NCBI RefSeq assembly: GCF_963921235.1
Contig: NC_086103.1
Location: 43,462,001 to 43,526,000 of the forward strand
Length of the DNA stretch: 64,000 nt
DNA from: Mobula hypostoma
Taxonomy: Eukaryota
Direction of reading: 5' to 3'
Shown: piece by piece, positions 50,881-63,600 of the stretch
Layout: the number at the start of each line of letters is the position of its first letter
Position numbering within the stretch: the first letter of the stretch is position 1
Notes under the pieces: generated by a model
Databases searched by the model: none
The model's input: only the letters and a program-made list of their open reading frames with translations
Told to the model about the DNA's origin: nothing
Made by a program: the position numbers and the translations under genes

Positions 50881-53800
50881 ATAGAACATAGAACATAGAA
50901 AACCTACAGCACAATACAGGCCCTTCAGCCCACAAAGCTGTGCCAAACATGTCCTTACCTTAGAGCAGGGGTTGGCAACCTTCTTGCCTCTGTGGGCCAG
51001 GTCACGTATTAATGTGCGGACAGTGGGCCAGATAAGTGCCATAAAAAACTTGAAAATATGGGAATTATCCATTTAAATACATCTAGTTATGTTTTGCCTC
51101 AAATTAATGAATAACGCATGCTAGAAAATCATTTGCGCTTAACCAAGGATGCCAATTAGTAATCAAAGAACTCCGTTTAGTTGCAATTTATTTCAATCAA
51201 GGCATCTTTTGAATCTATTAAAAGGACATAAAGAATCTTTAAACATAAAACGGTATCAACATGATGCATTGAATGGTGGTAAAGTAAGTATAATAAACAA
51301 GAAAATTTTAATGCAAACAGTGTGAAACTTGATGCTGTTTGTTGCTTGAAAACTTCTCAGTATTGGGTGTTGATGCCAAGAGCAAGACATTATCCAGATG
51401 GGCATCAGTCAATCTTGTTCTCAAATTCTTGGTGTGCTTCATTTTTGAAAATAATTGCTCACACAGATAAGCGCTGCCAAACAATGATGCCATCTATTTT
51501 GCATGGTCCACTAAGTTAAGGATACTTCCCACTTGGATGGATATATTTTCTATAGAAGTCAAGCACTGACACATCTTCAGAATGAAATTTCGATCTCAAT
51601 ATGTTGTCACACTGCATCTCGATCAATTCCATTTGAAAAATTTCTGATGCAGTGTCCACTTCCACATCAAATGTCGTAGCAAACAGCTTGAACTCATTTG
51701 CATGCAAGCGAAAATCAGCAAAACGAGATGAAAACTCTTTTCTCAATTCTTGGACCTTTGTCTCATTTTCTAGGCAAGTGAGACAAACTGGTTTCCCAGC
51801 TTGCTCGATGAAGAAGTAATCTAGTGTCCAAGTGTCTTGGAAATTTCGGCACTCAGTGTCTACCCTCCTGCGTTTTGCATTCATTGCTATTGGATTTTTT
51901 TCTTCGATTTTATTTCGAAATGCGAATTACTCAACACGTATTGTAGCACATGTAAATATCTGGATATTTAACGTGGATTTCTTGTTAAAACACAGTGACG
52001 CTGTTTTGAACGATCCCATCTGAAATCCTGCGCGTGCACGGAGAGCATCTAATACATATTAATCAGGTAGTCTGCCTTCCCTTCATTCGTATATACCAGT
52101 GTTTGATTTGGAACAGAACTTGGGGCCAGTGTAACAAGACGCAATGCATGTCCATCAGTATGGTCGGGTGAAACACTCAGAATAAGGAAAAATTGCTCGT
52201 GGGCCGGATAAGCATAGTCTCCCAATATTTGCTCGCGGGCTGGTCAAAATACCGTAGGTTGCCTACCCCCGCCTTTAGAAATTACGTTGGGTTACCCATA
52301 GCCCTCTATTTTTCTAAGCTCCATGTACCTGTCCAGGAGCCTCTTAAAAGACCGTACTGTATCCGCCTCCACCACCATCGTCGGCAGCCACTCCATGCAC
52401 TCACCACTCCCTGTGTAAAAAACTTACTCCTGACATCTCCTCTGTACATACTTTCAAACACCTTAAAACGGTGCTCTCCCGTGCTAGCCATGTCAGCCCT
52501 GGGAAAAAGCCTCTGACTATCCACGCAATCAATGCCTCTCATCATCTTATACACCTCTATCAGGTCACCTCTCATCCTGCGTCGTTCTAAGGAGAAAAGG
52601 CTGAGTTCACTCAACCTATTCTCATAAGGCATGCTCCCCAATCCAGGCAACATCCTCGTAAATCTCCTCTGCACCCTTTCTATGATTTCCACGTCCTTCC
52701 TGTAGTGAGGTGACCAGAACTGAGCACAGTATTCCAAGTGGGGTCTGACCAGGGTCCTATATAGCTGCAACATTACCTCTTGGCTCCTAAACTCAATCCC
52801 ACGATTGATGAAGGCCAATGCACCGTATGCTTTCTCAACCACAGAGTCAACTTGCGCAGCAGCTTTGAGTGTCCTATGGACTCGGACCCCAAGATCCCTT
52901 TGATCCTCCACACTGCCAAGAGTCTTACCATTAATACTATATTCTGCCATCATATTTGACATCCCAAAGTGAACCATTTCACACTTGTCTGGGTTGAACT
53001 CCATCTGCCACTTCTCGGCCCAGTTTTGCATCCTATCAATGTCCCGCTGTAACCTCTGACAGCCCTCCACACTATCCACAACATACCCAACCTTTGTGTC
53101 ATCAGCGAATTTATTAACCTATCTCTCCACTTCCTCATCCAAGTCATTTATTTAAAAAATCACAAAGAGTAGGGGTCCCAGAACAGATCCCTGAGGCACA
53201 CCACTGGTCACCACCCTCCATGCAGAATATGACCTGTCCACAACCACCCTTTGCCTTCTGTGGGCAAACCAGTTCTGGATCCACAAAGCAATGTCGCCTT
53301 GGATCCCATGCCTCCTTACTTTCTCAATAAGACTTGCATGGGGTACCTTATCAAATGCCTTGCTGAAATCCATATACACTACATCTACGGCTCTACCTTC
53401 ATCAATGTGTTTAGTCACATCCTCAAAAAATTCAATCAGTGTCGTAAGGCACGACCTGCCTTTGACAAAGACATGCTGACTATCCTAATCATATTATGCC
53501 TGTCCAAATGTTCATAAATCCTGCCTCTCAGGATCTTCTCCATCAACTTACCAACCACTGAAGTAAGACTCACTGGCCTATAATTTCCTGGGCTATCTCT
53601 ACTCCCTTTCTTGAATAAGGGAACAACATCCACAACTCTCCAATCCTCCAGAATCTCTCCCGTCCCTATTGATGATGCAAAGATCATCACCAGAGGCTCA
53701 GCAATCTCCTCCCTTGTCTCCTACAGTAGCCTGGGGTACATCTCATCCGGTCCCAGTGACTTATCCAACTTCATACTTTCCAAAAGCTCCAACACATTCT

Positions 53801-55795
53801 CTTTCTTTATATCTACATGCTCAAGCTTTTCTGTCTGCTGTAAGTCATCCCTACAATTGCCAAGATCTTTTTCTATAGTGAATATTGAAGCAAAGTATTC
53901 ATTAAGTACCTCTGCTGTCTCCCCCGCTTCCATACACACTTTTCCACTGTCACACTTGATTGGTCCTATTCTCTCATGTCTCATCCTCTTGCTCTTCACA
54001 TAATTGTAGAATGCCTTGGGGTTTTCCTTAATCCTGTCAGCTAAGGCCTTCTCATGGCCCCTTCTGGCTCTCCTAATTTCATTCTTAAACTCCTTCCTGC
54101 TAGCCCTATAATCTTCTAGATCTCTGACATTACCTAGTTTTTTTAACCTTTCGTAAGCTCTTCTTTTCTTCTTGACTAGATTTACAACAGCCTTTGTACA
54201 GCACAGTTCCTGTACCCTACCATCCTTTCCCTGTCTCATTGGAATGTATCTATGCAGAACTCCACGCAAATATCCCCTCAACATTTGCCACATTTCTTCC
54301 ATATGTTTCCCTGAGAACATCTGTTCCCAATTTATGCTTCCAAGTTCCTGCCTGATAGCCTCATATTTCCCCTTACTCCAATTAAACACTTTCCTAACTT
54401 GTCTGTTCCTATCCCTCTCCAATGCTATGGTAAAGGAGATATAATTGTGATCAGTATCTCCAAAATGCTTTCCCACTGAGAGATCTGACACCTGACCAGG
54501 TTCATTTCCCAATACCAGATCAAGTACTCTCCTCGTGTAAGCTGATCGACATATTGTGTCAAGAAACCTTCCTGAACACCCTAACAGACTCCTCCCCATG
54601 TAACCCCTTGCTCTAGGGAGATACAAATCAATATTTGGGAAATTAAAATCTCCCACCACCACAACCCTGTCATTATTACACCTTTCCAGAATCTGTCTCC
54701 CTATCTGCTCCTCGATGTCCCTGTTAATATTGGGTGGCCGATAAAATACACCCAATAGAGTTATTGACCTCTTCCTGTTTCTAACCCACCCACAGAGACT
54801 CGTAAACAATTCCTCCATGACTTCCTCCTTTTCTGCAGCCGTGACACGTTCTGATCAACAGTGCCACGCCCCCACCTATTTTGCCTCCCTCCCTGTCTGA
54901 AACATCTGAAGCCTGGTACTCGAAGTAACCAAGTCTCTGTAATGGCCACAATATCATAGCTCCAACTACTGATCCACGCTCTGAGCTCATCCGTGCTTTG
55001 TTCATAATACTCCTTGCACTAAAATAAGCACAACTCAAACCATTGGTCTGAGCGTATCCCTTCTCTATCACCTGCCTATCCTCCCTCTCGCACTGTCTCC
55101 AATCATTCTCTATTTGTGAGCCAACCGCCTCTTCCTCCGTCTCTTCAGTTCGGTTCCCAACCCCAGCATTTCTAGTGTAAACTCTCCCCAATATCTTAGC
55201 AAACCTCCCTGCCAGGATATTGGTCCCCCTGGGATTCAAGTGCAACCCCTCCGTTTTGTACAGGTCATACCTGCCCCAAAAGAGGTCTCAATGATCCAGA
55301 AATCTGAATCCCTGCCCTCTGCACCAATCCCTCAGCCACACATTTATCCTCCACCTCACTCTATTCCTGTACTCACTGTCACGTGGCACAGGCAGTAATC
55401 CTGAGATAACTACCTTTGTGGTCCTGCTTCTCAACTTCCTTCCTAACTCCCTGTAGTCTACTTTCAGGACCTCCTCCCTTTTCCTGCCTATCTTGTTGGT
55501 ACCAATATGTACCACGATCTCTGGCTGTTCACCTTCCCACTTCAGAATATCGTGGACGCGATCAGAAACATCCTGGACCCTGGCACCTGGGAGGCAAACT
55601 ACCATCCGAGTTTCTTTCCTGAGTCCACAGAATCGCCTGTCTGACCCCCTAACTATAGAGTCCCCTATCACTGCTGCCATCCTCTTCCCTTCCCTACCCT
55701 TCTGAGTCACAGGGCCAGACTCTGTGCCAGAGGCTCGGCCACTGTTGTTTCACCCAGGTAGGCCGCACCCCCGCCCCCAACAGTACTCAAGCAGG
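50881..55795 (-). mobile_element. Near full-length CR1 LINE (ORF1 esterase region, ORF2 APE-RT, 3' tail), interrupted by a hAT element
   Basis: ORF1 AAVIGDSIVRG...VVHIGTN (SGNH-type); ORF2 AITETWL, GDFNFPNID and RT motifs with frameshifts; tail at 50881-50900. Confidence 0.96.
50966..52271 (-). mobile_element. hAT (Charlie/SPIN/GTF2IRD2-like) transposon, internally deleted
   Basis: TIRs CAGGGGTTGGCAACCT and AGGTTGCCTACCCCCG (14/16 match). ORF MNAKRRRVDTECRNFQDTWTLDYFF...PVCLTC is fused to EFSSRFADF..., followed by SLFGSAYLCEQLFSKMK (hAT dimerisation domain). Imperfect 8-bp TSD ccttagag/cctttaga. Confidence 0.92.
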
Positions 55796-55957
55796 TGTGG
55801 AACTGGAATCCACTGAATGGTCTCATTGAGCTTGACAACAAAGAAGCTACATTGGAAAACCTGCTAATTTATTTTTAAATTAAAATCTAGTTAACAAGGT
55901 GAGCTACATTTAGTACTTTGACTCATTAAGCCGAATGGCCTAACATTGCTCCTACGT

Positions 55958-56770
55958 CTTTTTCTTCTTCTCCTTCTTGTGTTGTTTTATGGCGGTTGAC
56001 AAACCAGCTTTTAGGTGCATTACCGCCACCTAGACTGGAGTGTGGATCATTGGATAAACAGGAGAAAGTAAAATAATTGCATTCCCTATATTCTATATAA
56101 CAAACCTGAGTCTTTCAGAAACTTCATGATACAGATCTGTATTTCTCTTGAATTCCCACTTAAAATGTCTTCTATACCCAAATCAGTATTTTTTGTTTAT
56201 CTTAAGCGCTCCTGTCATCTTCACTCTTTCTTTTTGATACTTCTTACATTTTATCAATACATCTTCAACTGTTTCTGGTTGATTACAGTATTCACACAAC
56301 CCAGTTGGATGTTTCTCTATTTTGTGTAATGTGTAATTAAGATTAGTGTGTCCAATCCTCAAACGACTGATGATTACTTCTGTCTTTCTATATCCAATTG
56401 ACAATCTTTTGTATCTGACTTGCCTCTGTATTTTGTGCAGTTGTCTCCCTGTTTCACTCTCATCCCAATGCTTCTCCCATGTCCCCTCAATACGTGTTTT
56501 AGTAATGCTCTTGACTTCCACTTTGCTAAGAGGGATCCCACCTTTTCATTACCCTTCACTCCACATTGAGCAAGAACCCAAAGAAAGCTTACTTCTACCC
56601 CATTTTTGGTCAGTGCATATAACTTGCATAAAATCTCCAATAAAATATCCTGTCTACTTTCTGATTTTCTTAATTTGATCGAGGTTAATGCAGATAAACT
56701 GAACAGATTACAGCCTTTTTGATATTATTTTCTTCTATCCAAGATAATATACTCAATATTGCCATTAATT
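55958..56770 (-). mobile_element. Nimb/I-clade LINE 3' fragment (RNase H, CCHC zinc knuckle, 3'UTR, (AAG)n tail)
   Basis: VSFLWVLAQCGVKGNEKV (RNase H); IISRLRIGHTNLN...GLCEYCNQPETVEDVLIKC; 3'UTR ggtggcggtaatgcacc; GAA-rich tail. Confidence 0.85.
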
Positions 56771-56829
56771 CTGTTATATACACTGATAAATGGTTTGATG
56801 TTCTTTTCCTGATACTAGTTTTGCACTGA

Positions 56830-56945
56830 GGAATGTAGACTGCAATACCTCGGCTCCTCCGTCTTGCGGTATAGTGATTAATGAATGAATGACGTGTCGC
56901 TTGGTTTGTGGCCCCGCCTTCTTCTGACTGCGCACGCGCTTTGTT
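56830..56945 (+). promoter_or_regulatory. CNOT8 promoter
   Basis: TGACGT (CRE/ATF-like, 56890), GCCCCGCCT (GC box, 56911) and TGCGCACGCGC (NRF1-like, 56929), with local CpG enrichment. Confidence 0.75.
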
Positions 56946-57082
56946 GCTGGGTTGAACAATTTGGTCCGGGGTGTCTCGGATATTGTCGAAATTGGGGAGA
57001 TGATCAAAGGAATTTGTTGGTGGTCATTCTACGTGCTCTGAGAATCAGTGGGTTAATTGCATACAGGGTTTACGTCTAGCAG
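56945..57082 (+). other. CNOT8: CNOT8 non-coding exon 1 (start approximate)
   Basis: Consensus donor CAG|GTAAGT at 57083, directly after the promoter motifs. Confidence 0.7.
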
Positions 57083-58059
57083 GTAAGTGAATTCGGAGGT
57101 TGCAGTGTTGCTGGAGGCTGGTTTGAGAAGCGGGAATGGTCACATTACTCCCGAAGGAGCGATCCAGACTGGCTTCGGCCCGCTTTTGCAAACATTCCCA
57201 CTGGTTCCCGTGAGTAACACGGATGAGCCGACTGCACCAGCATCAAACGTACTTTACCTAACATTTTAAATAACTACTCTTATTTTGGGGCCTAACGTTG
57301 CTGATCCATATCCTCCTCTAAATGTGTTACATGTGTATGAACTTAACCTCCTAGATTGCTCGGAAAAAGAATATTGTGCGTTTTATGGAAAGACCCTGCA
57401 ATATCGGTATACGTACTATGATCCATAGTGGAATTTGTTTTGTAAAATGCACAATTGGAACTAGAATAATAAATGCTGAACATGATCAAATCTGCAAGTA
57501 ACTTCTTGCTTGAATTAGTTACAATTTTATATCCAGTTAAGGTCTTTTTGGCCATGCACGTGTAAGGTCATTTCTTGTATAATTTGTATCAGCTGTGGGT
57601 GCAAGGACGGCCTTTTTCATTTGCGTTAGAGGATTGGTCATTTGCCCCACTGAAGACAAGTTTGAAAATAAGGCTGGCATTTCGTGCATGAATTATTTGC
57701 ACTGGCAGAAGTGACGTCTTTTGGACGAGGTTTTAAAATCTGCATGAGATGCCAACGGGCAATTTCAAACAAGAGTGAACGGAAGAAAATGTTAATTCTG
57801 GGTGCATAGCTAATATTTTTTCAATTAACATTCGATTAGGAAGTGCTGAAACAACTGTAATGGTGTCCAGGAAAGGATAGCGAAAACACATGTATAGATT
57901 TGTACAGGAAATGTTGGACTGTGAATCTAGTACTGGGAATTGATGGATTTGATCGATTTTTTTTTCAAATAATAAAGACCTAATGGTCAGAATGGCTGCC
58001 TCCTACGATGTAAATTTTCTACAATTCTTCAGATTTGGTATTTGTGGGAGTTCTGGCTG

Positions 58060-58790
58060 GTAAATTTGATTGTTACAGGGTACTGAGGAGTGTGGTAGAA
58101 CAAAGGAATCTGGGAATGCAGGTTCGTAATTCGTTGAAAGTGGCATCACGGGTAGATAGATTTGGAAAGAAAGCCCTTGACACATTGCCTTCATAAATCA
58201 AATCAAAGTATTGAGTACAAGAGATAGGATGCTATGTTGAAGTTGTATAAGACATTTGTGAGGCCTAATTTGGATATTGAGTGCAGTCTTGGTCACCTAC
58301 CTACAGGAAAGAGGTATACAAGGTTGAAAGAGTACAGAGAAAATTTACAAGGATGTTGCTGGGCCCGGAATATCTGATTTATAAGGAAAGATTGAATAGG
58401 TTTGGACTCTGTTCCTTGGCACATAGAAGATTCAGGGGAGTTTGATAGAGGTATACAGAATTATGAGGGTTATACATAGGGTAAATGCAAGCATGATTTT
58501 TTTTCACTGAGATTGGGTGGAACTACATCAGAGGTTGTGGGTTAAGGGTGAAAATTGAAATGTTTAAGGGGGACCTGGAGGTCGGTGGGAGTGTGGAGTG
58601 AGCTGCCAGCACAACTGGTGCAGGTGAGCTCAATTTCAACGTTTAAGCAAAGTCTAGATGGGTAGATGGATGGTTGAGGTATGGAGTGCTATGATCCCAG
58701 TGCAGGTCAATGGGAGTGGGCATTTTAAATACTTTGGCATGGACTAGATGGGCCAAGGGACCTGTTTCTGTGCTGTACTTTTCTATGACT
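58060..58790 (+). mobile_element. CR1 3' fragment
   Basis: Degenerate LYKTFVRPNL.Y.VQ.WSP and a 3' end gggccaagggacctgtttctgtgctgtacttttctatga. Confidence 0.8.
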
Positions 58791-59639
58791 AACAACATCC
58801 ACTATCTCTCCTTTGAGGAAATAACAGGCAGCATAGACAAAGAACTGCAACAGATTTGTGAAGCAGGGTTTCCCCTGAAGGAAACCATGCAGAATTTGGT
58901 CTGTTTTATCATGTGCCTCCAAGTACGCTGAAACTTCATCCTCCAACATTTCCAAACCATGAAGTCAGACTAACTGGCCTGTAATTTCCTGTTTTTGCTC
59001 CGTCAAGGAGTGGAGTAACACTTTCAATTTTCCGGGGCTCAGGAATCATTCCAAAATCGAGTGATTCCTGAAGAGTGACTACCAATCTTCAGCTAACCTC
59101 TTTTAAAGCCTTTGGTTGTGGTGTACCTGATCCAGGTGACTCATCCACCTTCAGACCTTTCAGCTTCTCAAGCATCATCTCATTATTAATAGCTGCTACA
59201 CTCAATTCTGCCCCGACATTTTTATAATTTCTGGCGTACTGCTCGTATCTTGCACAGTGAAGACTGATGCAAAATACTTAAGATTGTCTGCCATTTATTT
59301 GTCCCTCACCCGCGCCCCCCCCCGTTGCCATCTCCCAGGGTCATATCCACTATCATCTCTCTTTAGCTCAAAGTTTAAAAGTTCAAAGTATGTATACATT
59401 ATACAATCTTGATGTTTGTCACCTTGCAAGTTGCCACAAAACAAAGAGACCCAAAGAAACTCATTGAACAGAAGAAGACTGTCAAACACCCAATGTGCAG
59501 AGAGGGGAAAACAAAACAAATGGTTCAATTGATGGAAGTATTTCCCACTCTGTGCACCTGCTTAATGTTCCAAGTGTACTTCATTGTTTGCATGTTACCG
59601 ATGTCCAGAAATTGAGAAAACTACCGCATAACTCTGGAG

Positions 59640-61360
59640 ATGTAAAGCATGGAAACAAGCCCTTCAACTCAACTCATCCATGCTGACCAATCTGCCTACC
59701 TAACCTTGTCCCATTTGCCTGCATTTAGCTTGTATCCCCTCTAGCTCTTCCCTGTCCAAATGTCTCAAGTGTTGTAATTTTACCCTCTTTTACACTTTCT
59801 TCTGACATCTTGTTCCATATACCCACCTTCATCTTTGTGGAAAAACATGCCCCTCTAATCCTGTTTAAATCTTCCCCTATTATCTTAAATTTTCTGTGCT
59901 CTCTACCTGTAGGCTGCTCTATCCTGGGGAATAGAACTGTGACTGTCCCTCACTGTGGCCTCACTAATGTCCCTCTTGATTTTATATACCTCTATAATGT
60001 CACCCTTCAACACTCTGGGTAGAAAAATCTTATAATTTGAGCCTTGTAGTGTCCTTGCGAACCTTTCTTGCATCCTTTCTGGTTTAATGACATTCTTGGT
60101 TTAACTAGGTGACCAGAACCACACAGAATACTCCAAGTGTGCTGTCACTGCAACTGTACATTCCAACTCCTGTACTCAATGCCTTGATTGACAAAGGTTG
60201 TGTTTGGTGTAATTGCCTTATCAACCTGTGTACCTGTTTCAGGGAACTATGTGCTTTCTGTTTTGATCTTTTCTACAACATTCTCCAGGGTACTGTCATT
60301 TAAAGTGCAAGTGCTGCCCCGGCTTAATTTAACAAAATGCAACGCTTAACAACTACCCAAGTAAAATTTCACTTGCCATTCCTTGACCCAGTTTCCCAAT
60401 TGTTCAAGATCTTTTTTGTAATCTTGGATAACTCTTTCACTATCCACTTTTCCAGCTGGTTTTATGTCATTTGCAAATTTACCAATTATGCCAACATTCT
60501 TGTCCAAATCGTTAATATAAATGACAAACAACAGAGGGTCCAGCACTGATCCCTGCAGCACACCACTAGCCAAAGGTTTCCGGTATGAGGAAAACTCTCC
60601 ACTAGATTAGATTAGATTATGAGGACACGCAGTCCTCTTTTATTGTCATTTAGTAATGCATGCATTAAGAAATGATACAATTTGTTCCTCCAGGATGATG
60701 TCACAGAAACACAAGACAAACTAAGACTAAAAAAACTGACAAAAACCACATAATTATAATATATAGTTACAACAGTGCAAAGCAATATCGTAATTTGACA
60801 AAGAACAGACCATGGGCACGGTAAAAAAAAAGTCTCAAAGTCTTTCAAAAGTCCCATCATCTCACGCAGAGACGGTTGAAGCGAGAAACTCTCCCTGCCA
60901 TGAGCTTCCAGCGCCGCAAACTTGCCGATGCAGCATCCTGGAAGCACCCAACCACAGTCCGACTCTGAGTCTGTCCGAAACCTTCGAGCCTCCGACACCG
61001 AGCACCATCTCTGCTGAGCACTTCGACCCTGGCCCTGGTAATAGGCAAAGCGGAGGATTTGGGGCCTTCCCCTCCGGAGGTTCTCAATCACGCAGCAGCA
61101 GTGAAGCAGGCATTTCAGAAGTTTCTCCAGATGTTCCTCCGTGCTTCTCACGTCTGTCTCCATCAAATCAGGATTGTGCACAGCCCCTATTTAACAAATA
61201 CGATATCAATTCAGAGCGGCCACGCCGCCATCTTCTCCTCCCCGACTCCTACTTTGTATCTAGTTAACAAGTTCACCCTGGATCCCACGTGATTTAACCT
61301 TCCCAAGGCCTTGTAGGCAACGTTGACTACTCTGCACTTGTCAAATATCTTGGTCACCTC
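59640..61360 (-). mobile_element. Degraded CR1 interrupted by a younger element
   Basis: SGVLQGSVLDPLLFVIYINDLD...KFAND; CR1-like sequence resumes after ~61235. Confidence 0.7.
60604..61235 (-). mobile_element. Young non-autonomous LINE-like element
   Basis: On the minus strand it starts AAGATGGCGGCG (YY1 motif), is CpG-rich, and ends in a (CTAAT)n tail; no protein motifs. Confidence 0.65.
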
Positions 61361-61927
61361 TTGTGGCGGGGGAGGGAGGAATACTGAATCAAATTCATGC
61401 GACGTCTTTCTATGCACAAATCATAACCAAAAAATACTAGACAATGAAGATCTGAAATCGAGAAAAAGTGCTGGAAAAAGTAAGCAGCTCAGGCCACATC
61501 GGTGGTAAGAAAAATAATAAGTGTTTCACACCTGAACCCTTTCATCGAACAGAAAATGAGAGAATCCAATTAGACTAGATAGCTGAGAAGGTGGGGGAAG
61601 GCGAATGGAACAAAGGGAGTTTCTCTGATGTGTCAATTAAGCTTTTTTTGTCTGTGTAATATGCTGCTAATATTATAATGTACTATCTGCCCTACTGGGA
61701 AGAAAATCAACAGTGAGCAAAAATGACCAGTCCTGATAAAGTCAGAAAGAAATGTGGATTCACCTAAAGTTGTTTGATATTTTGCAGACTGCAATGCACA
61801 CATTTTTTTTTCAAACAAGTTCTGTTCCTGAACATCTTAAAAATGGAATAGAAGAATCTTGTATTTAATTTAAAACTGCATATTTTTATTTTCCAGACCA
61901 CATTAGCCCACTAGCAATCTATTCAGA

Positions 61928-62041
61928 ATGCCAGCGGCAGAAGACCACAGTCAGGTAATCCGTGAGGTATGGGCAAATAACCTGGAAGAAGAAATGGGAC
62001 AAATTCGTCTAATTATTCAGAAATACAACTATATCGCCATG
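61928..62041 (+). CDS. CNOT8: CCR4-NOT subunit 8 (CAF1/POP2 deadenylase), coding exon 1
   Basis: Acceptor at 61896; MPAAEDHSQVIREVWANNLEEEMGQIRLIIQKYNYIAM; donor GTAAGT. Confidence 0.9.
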
Positions 62042-63353
62042 GTAAGTTATTTTTGAACCACGTGAAAGTGTTTTTACTTTTGACTGCCTGATATCTTACT
62101 GTAAATGGAGTGGAGGGAAAAACACTGAGAATGAATTGAAGAAAGTATTGCAGTTTGACATACAAGTATAAGGTAGCCTCTGATGATTCAAATGTTGGGG
62201 ATATTTGGACACTATGAAAATCAGGAATTATTGTGCAAGAAAGTGGCATGAAGACATGATGCTGTTGAATGGTGTGATACATATGAATGTCCTGATGGTC
62301 TTTATTGCTGAGTCAATTTAAGGAGCAATGAAGTACAAGTTGCAGGCACTGTTTTGTGTTAAAGTAATGGGTAGGGTCCTGCAAATTGATAATTAGTTAG
62401 GAAAAATGTTTGAGGATATCTTAACCTATTGAAAATATGTAATGTGGAAATTAAGCACAAATAAGAAAATTTCACTTTGAAGTCGAGAAGGAAGAATGTT
62501 TTATTGATTTTTTACATATGCAGTTTAATGCAACAACTAATAAAAAAAATTTGGTGTTTTTTTCACAACCATAAATTGACTTCACAGTCCATGAAGTGCT
62601 ATTTCACCTGAAAGATGACATCACTGACTGTAAAGAACTGAATTATTTGTACAAAGTTCTGTGCTGGGGTTTAAATTGATATGATCGCTGACAGAGGCTT
62701 AACTAAAAGTATAACTACTTGGAACCGTATATTTATGTAACTGGTAGAAGAATTAAAACAGAGTTGAAGATCTCTTTATGCCTGGAGTGATGGGTCCAAA
62801 ATACCTAGCATGTGGATGCTAGAATTTAAATAAAAATAGAAATTACTGGAACTACTGAGTAGGTTAGATTAGATTTGTTTATTAATCACACATACAGTAC
62901 ATCAAAACATATAGTGAACTGCATTGATGTATTAACAACCAATACAATCTGAGGATGTGCTGGGGGCATCCCACAAGTATTGGCAAAGTTTCATAACAGC
63001 ATCTGCAGAGAATTGATTTTTCAAGTTTTTAACTTATCAGGTATTGTTAAGTGTCTGACTATCTCCAAAGTTTTGTTTTTTATTGTTCAGGCATTCTCTG
63101 TACATGGGTCTTCGTTATCGCGTTGTCCATTGCTGGCTGCTCATTCCTCAGTCATCAGTTCTGCTTAAGTGCCATCAAAACATGGAGGAGTCATTTACAT
63201 GAAGTGATGACTCTTTCCATTTCGACCAGTGCTATCTGACCTCCTCAGCGTTCATGACATGCTGTTTTTATTTCAGATCTCCAGCACGTGCAGTGTTTAT
63301 TTTTATTTTAGTTTAGTCGATCAACAGTGCTACTTTTTGTTTTGTTCTTCTAG

Positions 63354-63547
63354 GATACAGAGTTTCCTGGTGTTGTGGTAAGACCTATTGGAGAATTTCG
63401 AAGCACTGTAGATTACCAGTATCAGCTCCTACGATGTAATGTGGACTTGTTGAAAATCATCCAGCTAGGCCTGACATTCATGAATGAAAAACATCAGTAT
63501 CCTCCTGGAATCTCCACTTGGCAGTTCAACTTCAAATTCAACCTCAC
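63354..63547 (+). CDS. CNOT8: CNOT8 coding exon 2 (gene continues beyond the window)
   Basis: DTEFPGVVVRPIGEFRSTVDYQYQLLRCNVDLLKIIQLGLTFMNEK...TWQFNFKFNL. Contains DEDD catalytic D and E. VVVRP, YIAM and the gene neighbourhood favour CNOT8 over CNOT7. Confidence 0.92.
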
Positions 63548-63600
63548 GTATGTATCATAAATTCTGCCAAATCCACTTCTTTTTTTGGCCTTTTATAATG

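Noticed and set aside
51308-51884. Domesticated GTF2IRD2/ZBED-like host gene
   Set aside because: It is bounded by TIRs, internally deleted, stop-interrupted and nested in a LINE, so it is a transposon copy.
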